The notes under the pieces are model-generated. The model saw nothing but the letters and a program-made list of their open reading frames with translations, had not been told where the DNA came from and made no database searches. A program made the position numbers and the translations under genes. From positions 2,016,001 to 2,080,000 of the forward strand of contig OZ253470.1 in assembly GCA_965261735.1 (NCBI GenBank): 64,000 bases of DNA, given 5' to 3'. Positions 19,818 through 29,727 of the stretch are shown piece by piece. This stretch comes from Alphaproteobacteria bacterium. GTDB taxonomy: Bacteria; Pseudomonadota; Alphaproteobacteria; SHVV01. Positions within the stretch are counted from its first letter, which is position 1. The number at the start of each line of letters is the position of its first letter.

Positions 19818-19818
19818 G

Positions 19819-20160
19819 TTCTTCGGTCCGGGCTCGATGCTGACCGAGGAGGCAAAGCCCGCGGGCGCGCACGGGGGACGCACGGCCGAAGCGGAGCTTA
19901 CCGGCGGGACCCAGGTGACGTTCGCGCGCTCGGGCGTGACCGCGAGCTGGGACCCGGCGTGCGCGAGCATCCTGGACCTGGCGGAGCACCATGGCCTGAG
20001 CCTGCCCTACAGCTGCCGTTCGGGCATCTGCCACACGTGCGTGTGCGAAGTGACCGAGGGCGATGTCGAGTACCTGGACGAGCCCCAGGACGAACCGGAC
20101 GAAGGCCATGTTCTGATCTGCTGTTCCGTGCCGACGACCAACCTCGTGCTCGAGGCGTGA
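19819..20160 (+). pseudogene. C-terminal 2Fe-2S domain of an FNR-type oxidoreductase, 5'-truncated at the IS end
   Basis: In-frame FFGPGS (end of NAD-binding domain) starts at the IR, followed by a linker and SCRSGICHTC...LICC. Confidence 0.8.
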
Positions 20161-20269
20161 GCGTGGAATTGTGGCCCCAGCGCCAGCCCCAACCAATGGG
20201 CTCCCTACTCCAAAGGCCCTGTGTTAGGCTCGGCCGCATAAAACCACCAAACCTCCACGGAGGATTGCC

Positions 20270-21280
20270 ATGACGACGCGCGGCTGGATCGTTGCTCTCG
20301 CCCTCGGCTGCTTGCCGCTGATGAGCCTGCCTGTGCACGCCGGGCCATGCGACGGGCCGGCGGAGGCCACGAAGGTCACGCTGCTGGGCGACTGGCTGCC
20401 CTGGGCCTCACAGGGGCTCTTCATCGCCGCCGAGCTCGAGGGTTACTACAAGGAAGAGGGGCTCGAGGTCGAGCTCATCTCGCCGGCAAACCCGACGGAC
20501 ACGATCAAGCCGCTGGGGACGCAAAAGGTCGAGTTCAGCCTGACTTATCTGCCGGATGTCATGCAGGCCCGCGAGCAGGGGATCCCCGTGATCAGCATCG
20601 CCGCCCTGCTGAGGCCGTTGCCGAGCGGGCTGGTGATCCCCGGTGATTCGGAGATCAAGTCCGCCAAAGACCTCAAGGGCAAGATTCTGGCGGTGAATTC
20701 GATTCCCTCGGCGCTGGCGGAGATGCGGACGTTGCTGAGCTCCGCCGGCCTGACCGAAAAGGACGTCAAGGTCATCGACCCGGGGTTTGGCGGCATTACG
20801 TTGCTGCTCGAGGGCAAGGTCGACGCGCTGTTCGGGCTCAGCATCGCCGATCCCTACATCCTCGACCCGATCTACAAGGAGCAGGGTCGGCCCCCGATCA
20901 GGTTCTTCCAGTACACGGACTACGGCGTCCCCAACAACTACTTCATGGTGATCGCCGCGAACGAGGATTGGACCAAGGCCCATCCCAACGCGACCTGCCG
21001 CTTCCTGCGCGCCAGCAGCCGCGGCCTCGATACCTGGCTCGCCGACCCGGAGCCGATCATTCAGGAGATCCTGCGGCGCAACGAGCTCTATACGCACCAG
21101 CAGCAAACGGACATCGCCGAGGGGACGCGCGCGAGCTGGAAAAAGGCGGACGGGACCGTGTTTGCGCAGGATCGTGCGGTCTGGGAGAAAGCACGGGACT
21201 GGGCCTTCGAGCACAAGCTCATCACCAAAAAGCCCGATCCGAGCACCTACTTCTCGAACGCCTTCCTGCCGCCAAGCTAG
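20270..21280 (+). CDS. NMT1/THI5 (SsuA-like) ABC substrate-binding protein
   Basis: Signal peptide, DWLPWASQ, GYYKEEGLEVEL, IKSAKDLKGK, DYGVPNNY. Confidence 0.88.
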   Translation: MTTRGWIVALALGCLPLMSLPVHAGPCDGPAEATKVTLLGDWLPWASQGLFIAAELEGYYKEEGLEVELISPANPTDTIKPLGTQKVEFSLTYLPDVMQAREQGIPVISIAALLRPLPSGLVIPGDSEIKSAKDLKGKILAVNSIPSALAEMRTLLSSAGLTEKDVKVIDPGFGGITLLLEGKVDALFGLSIADPYILDPIYKEQGRPPIRFFQYTDYGVPNNYFMVIAANEDWTKAHPNATCRFLRASSRGLDTWLADPEPIIQEILRRNELYTHQQQTDIAEGTRASWKKADGTVFAQDRAVWEKARDWAFEHKLITKKPDPSTYFSNAFLPPS

Positions 21281-21297
21281 GCGAGGCTGCACCGCCC

Positions 21298-21669
21298 TCA
21301 GGGGTCGCGGCGTTTGCCCTCGCGCTCTAGGGCGGCGAGGTAGTCGCGCCACAGCTCCTCGTGGCGGCGGCCGATCTCGTACAGGTAGTCCCACGAGTAG
21401 ATGCCGGTGTCGTGCAGGTCGTCGAAGAAGATGCGCACGGCGTAGTGGCCGACCGGCTCCAGGCGCGTGATGCCGACGTGACGGCGGCCGGCGACGGTGA
21501 TGCGCTGGTCGGGAGCATGGCCCTTGACCTCGGCCGAAGGGCTCTCGACGCGCAGGAACTCGGCCGGGTAGGTCAGGGTCTCGCCGCCCTCGAAGTCGAT
21601 CTCGAGGCGCTTTTCGGCGCTGACGAGCCGCACCTCAAGGGGCCGCGGTACGCCGTCGGCCGGGTTCAT
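21298..21669 (-). CDS. DUF971 (GBBH-like N-terminal) protein
   Basis: [40 protein letters not shown]. Confidence 0.92.
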   Translation of the reverse strand: MNPADGVPRPLEVRLVSAEKRLEIDFEGGETLTYPAEFLRVESPSAEVKGHAPDQRITVAGRRHVGITRLEPVGHYAVRIFFDDLHDTGIYSWDYLYEIGRRHEELWRDYLAALEREGKRRDP

Positions 21670-21887
21670 TCGGGATCGACGGGCGGCGCGGCTGGCGCGT
21701 CCTCGTCGAGCCGCCGCGCCTCCTCGATCAGCATGATGGGAATGCCGTCGCGGATCGGATAGGCGAGGCCGGCCTGCTCGCTCACCAGCTCCTGGGCCTC
21801 GCGGTCGTAACGCAGCGGCCCCTTGGTCAAGGGGCACACGAGGATCTCCAGGAGCTTGGGATCGACCTCGCCAGTGGGCTCGTTCAT
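21666..21887 (-). CDS. Trm112-family protein (YcaR-like)
   Basis: [17 protein letters not shown]...[16 protein letters not shown]. Confidence 0.92.
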   Translation of the reverse strand: MNEPTGEVDPKLLEILVCPLTKGPLRYDREAQELVSEQAGLAYPIRDGIPIMLIEEARRLDEDAPAAPPVDPE

Positions 21888-21898
21888 TGCCGATGTCC

Positions 21899-22561
21899 TC
21901 AGTGCAGGGGGGAGTCTTCGCTGCCCGACTCGAGCACGGCCATCTCGATGAGGCTGGTGACGAGTTCGCCGCGCACGCCGAGCGTCGGCGCCTCGAGCAG
22001 GGCCTGCTTCTCGCGCGGCTCGAAGGGGCACATCATCGACAGCGAGGTGACCAGCGTCGCGCTACCGACCTTCTCAAGGGTCTCCCAGTCGGCCTTGATC
22101 TGGTGCGAGTCGAGGAACGGACGCAGCGCGCGCAACAGGCGCTCGCGGTCGACGTCGCCTTCGTCCTCGGGCTCGAGGTCGTGGCCGAACGAGTCGTAGG
22201 AGGCGATGACCTGGCGGTACATGGTGGTGGCGGACAGCTCCTCGACGATGGAGAAGCGGCATACGCCCTTGAGCGCGATGAGGTAGCGCCCGTCGTCGGT
22301 CTCGCGGAAGGCGGTCATGCGGCCCGCGCATCCGATGCCGTAGACGGCCGGGGCCTGGCTACGCGCGCGCGGCTCGGTCGGCTGAACCATGCCGATGATG
22401 CGCGCCTCGGTCAGCGAATCGCGCACCATTTCGAGGTAGCGCGGCTCGAAGATGTTGAGCGGCAGGCGCCCGCCGGGCAGCAGCACGACACCCGCGAGCG
22501 GGAAGATGGCGAGCGTGCGCGGAAGGTCCGCGAGGATCGGCGGCGGCCCCTCTTCGCTCAT
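21899..22561 (-). CDS. LON peptidase substrate-binding (N-domain) protein
   Basis: [35 protein letters not shown]. Confidence 0.92.
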   Translation of the reverse strand: MSEEGPPPILADLPRTLAIFPLAGVVLLPGGRLPLNIFEPRYLEMVRDSLTEARIIGMVQPTEPRARSQAPAVYGIGCAGRMTAFRETDDGRYLIALKGVCRFSIVEELSATTMYRQVIASYDSFGHDLEPEDEGDVDRERLLRALRPFLDSHQIKADWETLEKVGSATLVTSLSMMCPFEPREKQALLEAPTLGVRGELVTSLIEMAVLESGSEDSPLH

Positions 22562-23469
22562 GCGAACAGCAGCGAGGACAGTTGGCGCCGCCCCGCGACC
22601 GTCATCTCGTGCGTCGGGCCGAGCACGTCGAACAACTTGACGAGTTGCTGGCGGGCGGCCTGATCGTTCCACTCCCTGTCGCGGCGGAAGATCTCGAGCA
22701 ACTCGTCGATCGCAGCCTGGTGCTCGCCCGCACTGATCAGCGCGTTGGCGAGGTTGAGCCGCGCCTCGTGGTTGTCGGGCTCTCCCGCCACCTGGGCGCG
22801 CAGATCGTCGACCTCACCCGCCTCGCCCGCCGCCTCGGCGAGCGAAACGGCGGCCTTGGCGCTGGTCACCTCGGCATGGTTGGCGTGCTCGGGCGGTACC
22901 ATGGCGAGGGTCTGCTCGGCGAGCTGAAGGTCGCCGCGCCCGACATAGCAGCGGGCGAGGCCGGCCAACGCCGAGGGGTTGCTGGTTTCATGCTTCAAGA
23001 CTTGGCCGTAGATGTTGGCGGCGGCGCCGAGATCGCCGGCATCCAGCGCGCTGCGGGCCTGCTCCAGCGCCTCGTCGACCGGCGAGGGGCCCGGCGCGCC
23101 GCCGAGCCGCTCGATGAACGCCTTGACCTCGCTCTCGGGCAGAGCGCCGATGAAACCATCGACCGGCTGGCCGTTGCTGAACGCGAACACCGCGGGTATC
23201 GACTGGACACGGAGCTGCTGCGCGATCTGCGGGTTCTCGTCGATGTTGATCTTGACCATCCGCACCGATCCCGCGGCGCCCTTGACGACCTTCTCCAACG
23301 TCGGGGTCAGCTGCTTGCAGGGCCCGCACCACGGCGCCCAGAAGTCGACGATCACCGGTACTTCCTGGGACGCCAGCAACACGTCCTCCTGGAAGGTGGC
23401 GGTGCTGCTGTCCTTGATGAGGTTACCGCTCGGGCCGGTGGGCGGGTTGATATCGATCAGATTCTCCAT
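22558..23469 (-). CDS. cnoX: Thioredoxin-TPR chaperedoxin (YbbN/CnoX)
   Basis: WAPWCGPCK followed by a TPR region ending [11 protein letters not shown]. Confidence 0.9.
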   Translation of the reverse strand: MENLIDINPPTGPSGNLIKDSSTATFQEDVLLASQEVPVIVDFWAPWCGPCKQLTPTLEKVVKGAAGSVRMVKINIDENPQIAQQLRVQSIPAVFAFSNGQPVDGFIGALPESEVKAFIERLGGAPGPSPVDEALEQARSALDAGDLGAAANIYGQVLKHETSNPSALAGLARCYVGRGDLQLAEQTLAMVPPEHANHAEVTSAKAAVSLAEAAGEAGEVDDLRAQVAGEPDNHEARLNLANALISAGEHQAAIDELLEIFRRDREWNDQAARQQLVKLFDVLGPTHEMTVAGRRQLSSLLFA

Positions 23470-23628
23470 GGTCGTCCCCCTATGCGCGGCGCTGTGCCTT
23501 AAGTGGCGCCGCTGCGGCGTTTCGGCAAGGCCTCGGCCCGCGGCCGCGCCTATTGTAGCAAATCCGGGCCGAGCTGAAACGGCAAGCGCGCCGCCGCCGG
23601 GCGGCCAGGGTGGTTATGGAGGCCGCCG

Positions 23629-24834
23629 CTAGGCCGCGTTTTCCGCCGCTTCCGGCACCTCGTCACCCGCGTGCGCGGCCAGATAATCGAGGGCCGCCTG
23701 TACGCCGCCCTTGCGATGGGGCACGCCGGCTACCGCCAGTCCCATCTCGACGCCGCTCAGGGTCCCGGCGAGCATAAGATCGTTGAAGGCGCCGAGATGG
23801 CCGATGCGAAAGACCTTGCCCGCGAGCTTGCCGAGCCCAGCGCCGAGCGACATGTTGAAGTGCTCGAGGATAACGCCGCGCACGCGATCCGCATCGTGGC
23901 CCGCGGGGGGCACGACCGCGGTCACCGAGGCGCTGTGCTCGGACGCGTCGCTCGCCTGGATCTCGAGGCCCCAGGCGCCGACCGCACGGCGCGTGGCCTC
24001 GCCATGACGTTGATGGCGGGCGAACACCGAATCGAGCCCCTCCTCGTCCAACATGCGGAGTGCCTCGCTGAGGCCGAAGAGCAGATTCGTGGCCGGCGTA
24101 TAGGGGTACATGCCGCTCTTGTTGGCCGCCAGGACCGGCCCCCAATCCCAGAAGGCACGCGGCAGGCGCGCGCTCGCCGCGGCCGCGAGCGCCCTCTCGC
24201 TGACGGCGTTGAAGGCGAGGCCGGGCGGCAGCATCAGGCCCTTCTGCGAGCCGCCGATGGCCACGTCGATGCCCCACTCCGCGGCCTGCATCGCGGTCGC
24301 GCCGAGAGAGGAGACGACGTCGGCCATGAGCAGTGCCGGATGGCCCGAAGCGGCGATGGCCTTGCCGATCTCGGCAAGACGGCTGGTGACCCCGGTGGAC
24401 GTCTCATTGTGCACCACGCAGACCGCCTTGATGTCGTGCCCGCGGTCCTCGGCGAGCTTGGAGCGGACGAGGTCCGGATCGATGCCGGTGCGCCAGTCCC
24501 CGGCCACGAAGTCGACCTCGAGCCCGAAAGCGCGGGCCATCGCGCACCACAGGGTCGCGAAGTGTCCGGTCTCGAACATCAGCACCCTATCGCCGGGCGA
24601 GCAGGTGTTGACGAGGGCCGCCTCCCAGCCGCCGGTGCCCGAGCCCGGAAAGATCAGCACCGGCCCTTCGGATGCGAAGAGGCGCCGCGTGCCTTCGATC
24701 ACCTCAAGGGCGAGCGCTGCGAACCCCGGGCCGCGATGATCGATGGTCGGCGCCGACATGGCGGCGAGGATACGGTCGGGGACGTTGGTCGGCCCCGGGA
24801 CCTGGAGAAAGTGGCGTCCCTCGGACGGTCGCAT
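23629..24834 (-). CDS. Serine/alanine-glyoxylate aminotransferase (class V PLP)
   Basis: GRHFLQVPGPTNVP, VHNETSTG, GSQKGLMLPPG, FRIGHLG. Confidence 0.92.
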   Translation of the reverse strand: MRPSEGRHFLQVPGPTNVPDRILAAMSAPTIDHRGPGFAALALEVIEGTRRLFASEGPVLIFPGSGTGGWEAALVNTCSPGDRVLMFETGHFATLWCAMARAFGLEVDFVAGDWRTGIDPDLVRSKLAEDRGHDIKAVCVVHNETSTGVTSRLAEIGKAIAASGHPALLMADVVSSLGATAMQAAEWGIDVAIGGSQKGLMLPPGLAFNAVSERALAAAASARLPRAFWDWGPVLAANKSGMYPYTPATNLLFGLSEALRMLDEEGLDSVFARHQRHGEATRRAVGAWGLEIQASDASEHSASVTAVVPPAGHDADRVRGVILEHFNMSLGAGLGKLAGKVFRIGHLGAFNDLMLAGTLSGVEMGLAVAGVPHRKGGVQAALDYLAAHAGDEVPEAAENAA

Positions 24835-25041
24835 GGCTCTATCGAATCGTTGTGAGAAAAACGCCCGCTGGCCCGCGTGGCGTGCGCGGCGGCCGGGGAA
24901 CATCGAGCGCTGGGCTTAACATGGGCCTTTCGCCGATGCAATCGCGTTTGCGGTGCGCCGCTCCCCTGTGCCGCCGTTGCGCCGGTCGGCTCGCCGCGCA
25001 TACTCTCCGCCCAACCCGGCCGCCCACGAAGTTGTGACCTT

Positions 25042-27999
25042 ATGAGCCCACACGCCCCACCTCCCGGCCGCGCGCGCGCGGCCAGCCCGGGTGAGCCCGC
25101 GTTGGCGGCGCGGCTTGCCGCCGAGCTCGAGGGCGAGGTGCTGTTCGATCCATGGAGCCGGGGTCGCTACGCCACCGATGCCTCGATCTACCAGATCGAG
25201 CCCATCGGCGTGGTCGTGCCGAGGACGACGGCCGACGTGGCACGCGCTATCGCGATCTGCGCCGATGCGAAGGTGCCGGTCCTGCCGCGCGGCGCCGGGA
25301 CCTCGCAGGGCGGTCAGGCGGTCGGCGCGGCCGTGGTCCTCGACACCAGCAAGTACCTGACCCGCGTGCTCGCGGTCGACAAGGAGGCGGGCACCGCGAC
25401 CGTCGAGCCGGGCGTCGTGCTCGAGACGCTGAACCAAAGGCTCGCGCCGACCGGCCTCCACTTTCCCGTCGACATCTCGACCGCCAACCGGGCGACGATC
25501 GGCGGCATGGTCGGCAACAATGCGTGCGGCGCACGCTCGATCCGCTACGGCAACATGGTGCACAACGTGCGCGCCATTGACGCGGTGCTGGCCGACGGGG
25601 CTACCCACCACTTCGGCGCCGTGCCGGCCGACCTCGGCGCGCTCGACGCACCGCCCGCGACCATCGAGCTGATCGGCCGGATGCGCGCGCTCGCACGCCG
25701 CGAGGGCGCCGAGATCGAGGCGCGCTTCCCCAAGCTGCTGCGCCGCGTCGGTGGCTACAACATCGACACCATCGATGCCGGCGACCACAACATGGCTCAC
25801 CTCCTGGTGGGCTCGGAGGGTACGCTTGGCTGTGCCACCCGGATCACGCTCGACCTCGCACCCGTACCGCCGCACCGCATCCTCGGCGTGTGCCACTTCG
25901 CGAGCCTGCATGCGGCGATGGCGGCGACCAAGCCGATAGTCGCGCTCGGGCCCTGCGCCGTCGAGCTCGTCGACGGTACGATGATCGAGATGGCCCGCGC
26001 CCAGCCGCGGTTCGCGGCCACGGTCGAGGCTTTCGTGCGCGGCCGGCCCGAGGCCGTTCTATTGGTAGAGTTCGCCGGCGAGGACGCGGCCGAGCCGCGC
26101 CGGGGCCTCGCCCGGCTCCAGGAGTTGATGGCGGACCTCGGCGCCGAGGGCGCGCTCGTGCGCGTGAGCGAGCCCGCCCTGCAGCATGGCATCTGGGAGA
26201 TGCGCAAGGCTGCGCTCAATATCCTCATGGCGATGAAGGGCGACGGCAAGCCGATCTCTTTCGTCGAGGATTGCGCGGTAGCGCTCGACGATCTGCCGGA
26301 ATACACCGCGCGGCTCAACGCCATCTTCGCGAAGCACGGCACCCGCGGGACGTGGTACGCCCATGCCTCGGTCGGCACCCTCCACGTCCGCCCCATCCTC
26401 AACATGAAGGACGAGGCGGACGTGCGCAAGATGCGCGCTATCGCCGAGGAATGCTTCGCCATGGTGCGCGCCTACAAGGGGTCGCACTCGGGCGAGCATG
26501 GCGATGGACTGGTGCGCTCGGAGTTTCACGAGGCGATGTTCGGGGAGCGCATCGTGCGCGCGTTCGAGGAGGTCAAGGACGCCTTCGACCCGGGTGGCCT
26601 GTTCAACCCCGGCAAGATCGTGCGCGCCTCTCGCATGGACGACCGGGCGCTGTTCCGCTACCCGCCGGGTTATGGGGTGCAGGCAACAACCACCGTGCTC
26701 GATTGGTCGGACGGGCCCGGGCTCGGCGCCGCGGTCGAGATGTGCAACAACAACGGCGCCTGCCGCAAGCGCGACGCCGGCGTGATGTGCCCCTCCTACC
26801 GGGTCACCGGCGACGAGGTCCACTCGACGCGGGGCCGCGCCAACTCCCTGCGCCTCGCGCTGTCGGGCCAGCTCGGCGCCGAGGCGCTCACCTCGGACGA
26901 AATGTTCGCGACCATGGCACTGTGCGTCGGCTGCAAGGGCTGTACGCGCGAATGCCCGACCGGCGTCGACATGGCGCGCATGAAGATCGAGTTCCTCCAT
27001 CACTACCGCCGGCGCCACGGGCTGAGCTGGCGCGACCGGCTCATCGCCTATCTGCCGCGCTATGCGCCGTTCGCTGCCCGCCTCGCGCCGGCGCTCGGGG
27101 TGCGCGATGCGGTGCCCGGATTCGCGCGCCTGAGCGAGCGAGCGCTCGGCTTTGCCGCCGCCCGTCCCTGGCCGCGCTGGCGCCGGGACCGCTTCCGCGG
27201 GAGCGTCGGCGCGCGGGGAGCGGGGCGCGAGGTGGCCCTCTTCGCCGATACCTTCAGCACCTACTTCGAGCCCGACAACGCGCGCGCCGCCGTACGGGTC
27301 CTTGAGGCGGCGGGCTACCGCGTGGCGACGCCCGCCGCGGCCGATGGCGGCCGGCCGCTGTGCTGCGGTCGCACGTTCCTCGCGGCCGGGCTCGTGGACG
27401 AGGCGCGCACCGAGGCGCGGCGTACGCTTGCGGCGCTGGCCCCGTACGCCGCGCGCGGCACCCCCATCGTCGGCCTCGAGCCCGCGTGCCTGCTGACCCT
27501 GCGCGACGAGTACACGGTGCTGCTAGACGATACGGAGCCGGTGGCCGCCCGCGCGCTCCTGTTCGAGGAGTTCCTCATCGCCGAGGGTGGTGCCGCGCGG
27601 CTTCGCCTGCGGCCCGTGGCCACGAAGGCGCTGGTCCACGGCCACTGCCACCAGAAGGCGCACCGCGCCTTCGCGCCCGTAACGGCGCTGCTGGCGCGCA
27701 TCCCCGACCTCGAGGTCGAGGCCATCGAGTCGAGCTGCTGCGGCATGGCCGGCGCCTTCGGCTACGAGGCCGAACATTTCGAGGTCTCGATGGCGATGGC
27801 CGAGCTCGCGCTGCTGCCGGCGGTGCGCGCGGCCGATCCGGCGGCGCTGCTGGTCGCCGACGGCACCAGCTGTCGCCAGCAGATCCGCGATGGCACGGGA
27901 CGCGAAGCGCTGCATGCGGCCCGCGTGCTCGACATGGCTCTCGATACGCGGAGCCCCGGCGGCACCGCCCTTGCAAACGCGGAGCCGTCGTCTCTATGA
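25042..27999 (+). CDS. FAD-binding and Fe-S oxidoreductase (GlcD/GlcF fusion, YdiJ-like)
   Basis: YATDASIY, PRGAGTS, GSEGTL, SGEHGDG, CNNNGAC, CVGCKGC...CP, CCGMAG. Confidence 0.92.
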   Translation: MSPHAPPPGRARAASPGEPALAARLAAELEGEVLFDPWSRGRYATDASIYQIEPIGVVVPRTTADVARAIAICADAKVPVLPRGAGTSQGGQAVGAAVVLDTSKYLTRVLAVDKEAGTATVEPGVVLETLNQRLAPTGLHFPVDISTANRATIGGMVGNNACGARSIRYGNMVHNVRAIDAVLADGATHHFGAVPADLGALDAPPATIELIGRMRALARREGAEIEARFPKLLRRVGGYNIDTIDAGDHNMAHLLVGSEGTLGCATRITLDLAPVPPHRILGVCHFASLHAAMAATKPIVALGPCAVELVDGTMIEMARAQPRFAATVEAFVRGRPEAVLLVEFAGEDAAEPRRGLARLQELMADLGAEGALVRVSEPALQHGIWEMRKAALNILMAMKGDGKPISFVEDCAVALDDLPEYTARLNAIFAKHGTRGTWYAHASVGTLHVRPILNMKDEADVRKMRAIAEECFAMVRAYKGSHSGEHGDGLVRSEFHEAMFGERIVRAFEEVKDAFDPGGLFNPGKIVRASRMDDRALFRYPPGYGVQATTTVLDWSDGPGLGAAVEMCNNNGACRKRDAGVMCPSYRVTGDEVHSTRGRANSLRLALSGQLGAEALTSDEMFATMALCVGCKGCTRECPTGVDMARMKIEFLHHYRRRHGLSWRDRLIAYLPRYAPFAARLAPALGVRDAVPGFARLSERALGFAAARPWPRWRRDRFRGSVGARGAGREVALFADTFSTYFEPDNARAAVRVLEAAGYRVATPAAADGGRPLCCGRTFLAAGLVDEARTEARRTLAALAPYAARGTPIVGLEPACLLTLRDEYTVLLDDTEPVAARALLFEEFLIAEGGAARLRLRPVATKALVHGHCHQKAHRAFAPVTALLARIPDLEVEAIESSCCGMAGAFGYEAEHFEVSMAMAELALLPAVRAADPAALLVADGTSCRQQIRDGTGREALHAARVLDMALDTRSPGGTALANAEPSSL

Positions 28000-28032
28000 T
28001 CGGGACGCGGGCGCTTCGGCGCCCCTCGGAGC

Positions 28033-28107
28033 GCGGGCGTAGCTCAGGGGTAGAGCACAACCTTGCCAAGGTTGGGGTCGTGGGTTCGAATCCCATCGCC
28101 CGCTCCA
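28033..28107 (+). tRNA. tRNA-Gly (GCC)
   Basis: GCGGGCG acceptor, CAACC-TTGCCAA-GGTTG anticodon arm, GGTTCGAATCC, CCA end. Confidence 0.97.
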
Positions 28108-28139
28108 ACGTTTCAGAGTAAAAACAAGGCGATTATTAA

Positions 28140-28168
28140 CTTGACATAAGACGCGGTGATCCCCATAT
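28140..28168 (+). promoter_or_regulatory. Transposase promoter overlapping the left IR (CTTGAC-N17-CCATAT)
   Basis: Close match to the alphaproteobacterial housekeeping consensus; RBS AGGGGG before ATG 28189. Confidence 0.55.
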
Positions 28169-28188
28169 CTGGAACATAGGGGGTCACA

Positions 28189-29043
28189 ATGACTACGTTT
28201 TACGAGTTTCAGAAGCAGTTTCCGGACGATGAAGCATGCCTTCACCATATTATGGTCGCGCGTTACGGAAGCACTACGATCGACTGCCCAAAGTGCGGCG
28301 CGTTTGGCAAGTTCTACCGCATGACGAAGGATCGCGGGTACGTATGCCAGCATTGCGGCCACCACCTGCATCCGACGGCCGGGACATTCATGCACCGGAC
28401 GCGCCTGCCTCTGCACAAGTGGTTCTTCGCGATGTTCCTGTTCTCGACCTCGCGCCATGGTGTGGCCGCCAAGGAACTGGAACGCCAGTTGGACGTGTCC
28501 TATCCGACCGCTTGGCGCATGGCTCGGCTGATCCGCGAGCACATGGCGGAGACTGACGGCGAGCACCCGCTTGATGGCGAGGTAGAAGCGGACGAAACCT
28601 ATGTCGGCGGGCGGACAACTGGCGGGAAGCGCGGCCGCGGAGCGCCGAATAAGACAGTCGTATTCGGGATGCTGGAGCGCGACGGCGACGTGATGGCGAA
28701 CGTAGTTCCGAACGTTCGCAAGCGAACCTTGCAGCCAATCGTTATCGAAAACGTGAAGTTGGGTAGCACGATCCATACGGACGAACTGCGGTCCTACTTT
28801 GGTTTGGGACGGGCAGGATACCGGCATGAAACCGTGAACCACAGCGCCGGTGAGTATGTGAGCGGCTCTAGCCATGTGAACGGGATCGAGGGGTTTTGGG
28901 CGCGGCTGAAGCTGTCGATACGCGGGACCCACGTTCACGTTTCCCGGAAGCACCTTCAGAAGTACGTGAAGGAGTTTGAGTATCGCTACAACCGCCGGAA
29001 ACGGCCCGACGCGATCTTCCGTGATCTGGTTTCGAGCTTCTAA
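28189..29043 (+). CDS. IS1595-family transposase
   Basis: CPKC...CQHC, VEADETYVGG, IHTDE, HVNGIEGFW, YVKEFEYRYNRR. Confidence 0.95.
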   Translation: MTTFYEFQKQFPDDEACLHHIMVARYGSTTIDCPKCGAFGKFYRMTKDRGYVCQHCGHHLHPTAGTFMHRTRLPLHKWFFAMFLFSTSRHGVAAKELERQLDVSYPTAWRMARLIREHMAETDGEHPLDGEVEADETYVGGRTTGGKRGRGAPNKTVVFGMLERDGDVMANVVPNVRKRTLQPIVIENVKLGSTIHTDELRSYFGLGRAGYRHETVNHSAGEYVSGSSHVNGIEGFWARLKLSIRGTHVHVSRKHLQKYVKEFEYRYNRRKRPDAIFRDLVSSF

Positions 29044-29112
29044 TCGCCGCGTCCAGAAGAGCGTGAAACCGGCGCCACGTAACATCAAGAGGGTAGTGAT
29101 CATTGTTGGTGG

Positions 29113-29607
29113 TCATTGGCGCCACGTCTGTTCGGACGTTATCTTCTTGGCTTTGCATAAATTACCAGCCGTTGCACAACCCACCATCTTCGGAAGCCAC
29201 CTATACCATTCTTGGCCCTGGCGTGTCTCTGGCGGGTAGATCCCGAATTTCCCCATCTTGTTGGCAAGTGTTTCTGCCTTCGCACTTGTTTCAGCGGACA
29301 TGTGAAAGTAGCTCACCCTGCCGTCGCTGTAACAATTCTCCTGGTGTGCGCTCACCACCTCCATCATCTCCTCAGCTAGAAGCCTGAATCGGCCTGATTT
29401 TGTGAGCCACTTGTGTAGCGGCCACGCGCAGAGAAATAGCCAAACCCCACTAGCAACCATAAGGCCAAACCATATCCCGGGGGCGATGGCCACGTCCTTC
29501 ACCACCATCACCGCTCCAGTGAAAAAGTTGTAGCCGGACGCGGCCAGAAGAAAAAGTGAGAAGACGCCGCCTCGGCGACCACCTCCGATGTTCTTGATCC
29601 ACCCCAT
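29113..29607 (-). CDS. IS passenger gene: hypothetical protein with two TM segments
   Basis: 164-aa ORF inside the IRs; lower GC; hydrophobic N-terminal half. Confidence 0.6.
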   Translation of the reverse strand: MGWIKNIGGGRRGGVFSLFLLAASGYNFFTGAVMVVKDVAIAPGIWFGLMVASGVWLFLCAWPLHKWLTKSGRFRLLAEEMMEVVSAHQENCYSDGRVSYFHMSAETSAKAETLANKMGKFGIYPPETRQGQEWYRWLPKMVGCATAGNLCKAKKITSEQTWRQ

Positions 29608-29708
29608 CCGCGCAAGGTAGCGAAAACATCACTTAGGTCAACTTGATAATCGCCAAAAACAATGACTAAAAGGGGTCGGCCTAAGCGGAGCTGCCCCTCG
29701 TTTTTCTA

Positions 29709-29727
29709 GGGAAGCACCGGGGAAGCA
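29709..29727. repeat. GGGAAGCA x2 direct repeat after a hairpin downstream of tRNA-Gly (possible integrase arm sites)
   Basis: GGGAAGCA-CCG-GGGAAGCA; preceded by an imperfect GGGGTCGGC...GCTGCCCC hairpin. Confidence 0.4.

Larger units (their letters stand above)
28128..29654 (+). mobile_element. Complete IS1595-family element with passenger gene (1527 bp)
   Basis: 23-bp IRs GGCGATTATTAACTTGACATAAG / CTTAGGTCAACTTGATAATCGCC; 8-bp target duplication AAAAACAA at 28120-28127 and 29655-29662. Confidence 0.95.

Noticed and set aside
20161-20269. TPP riboswitch ahead of the THI5-like binding protein
   Set aside because: Conserved CTGAGA and ACCTGA cores are not present
27994-29103. 369-aa minus-strand ORF
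   Set aside because: Antisense to the IS1595 transposase and crosses the IS boundary and tRNA-Gly
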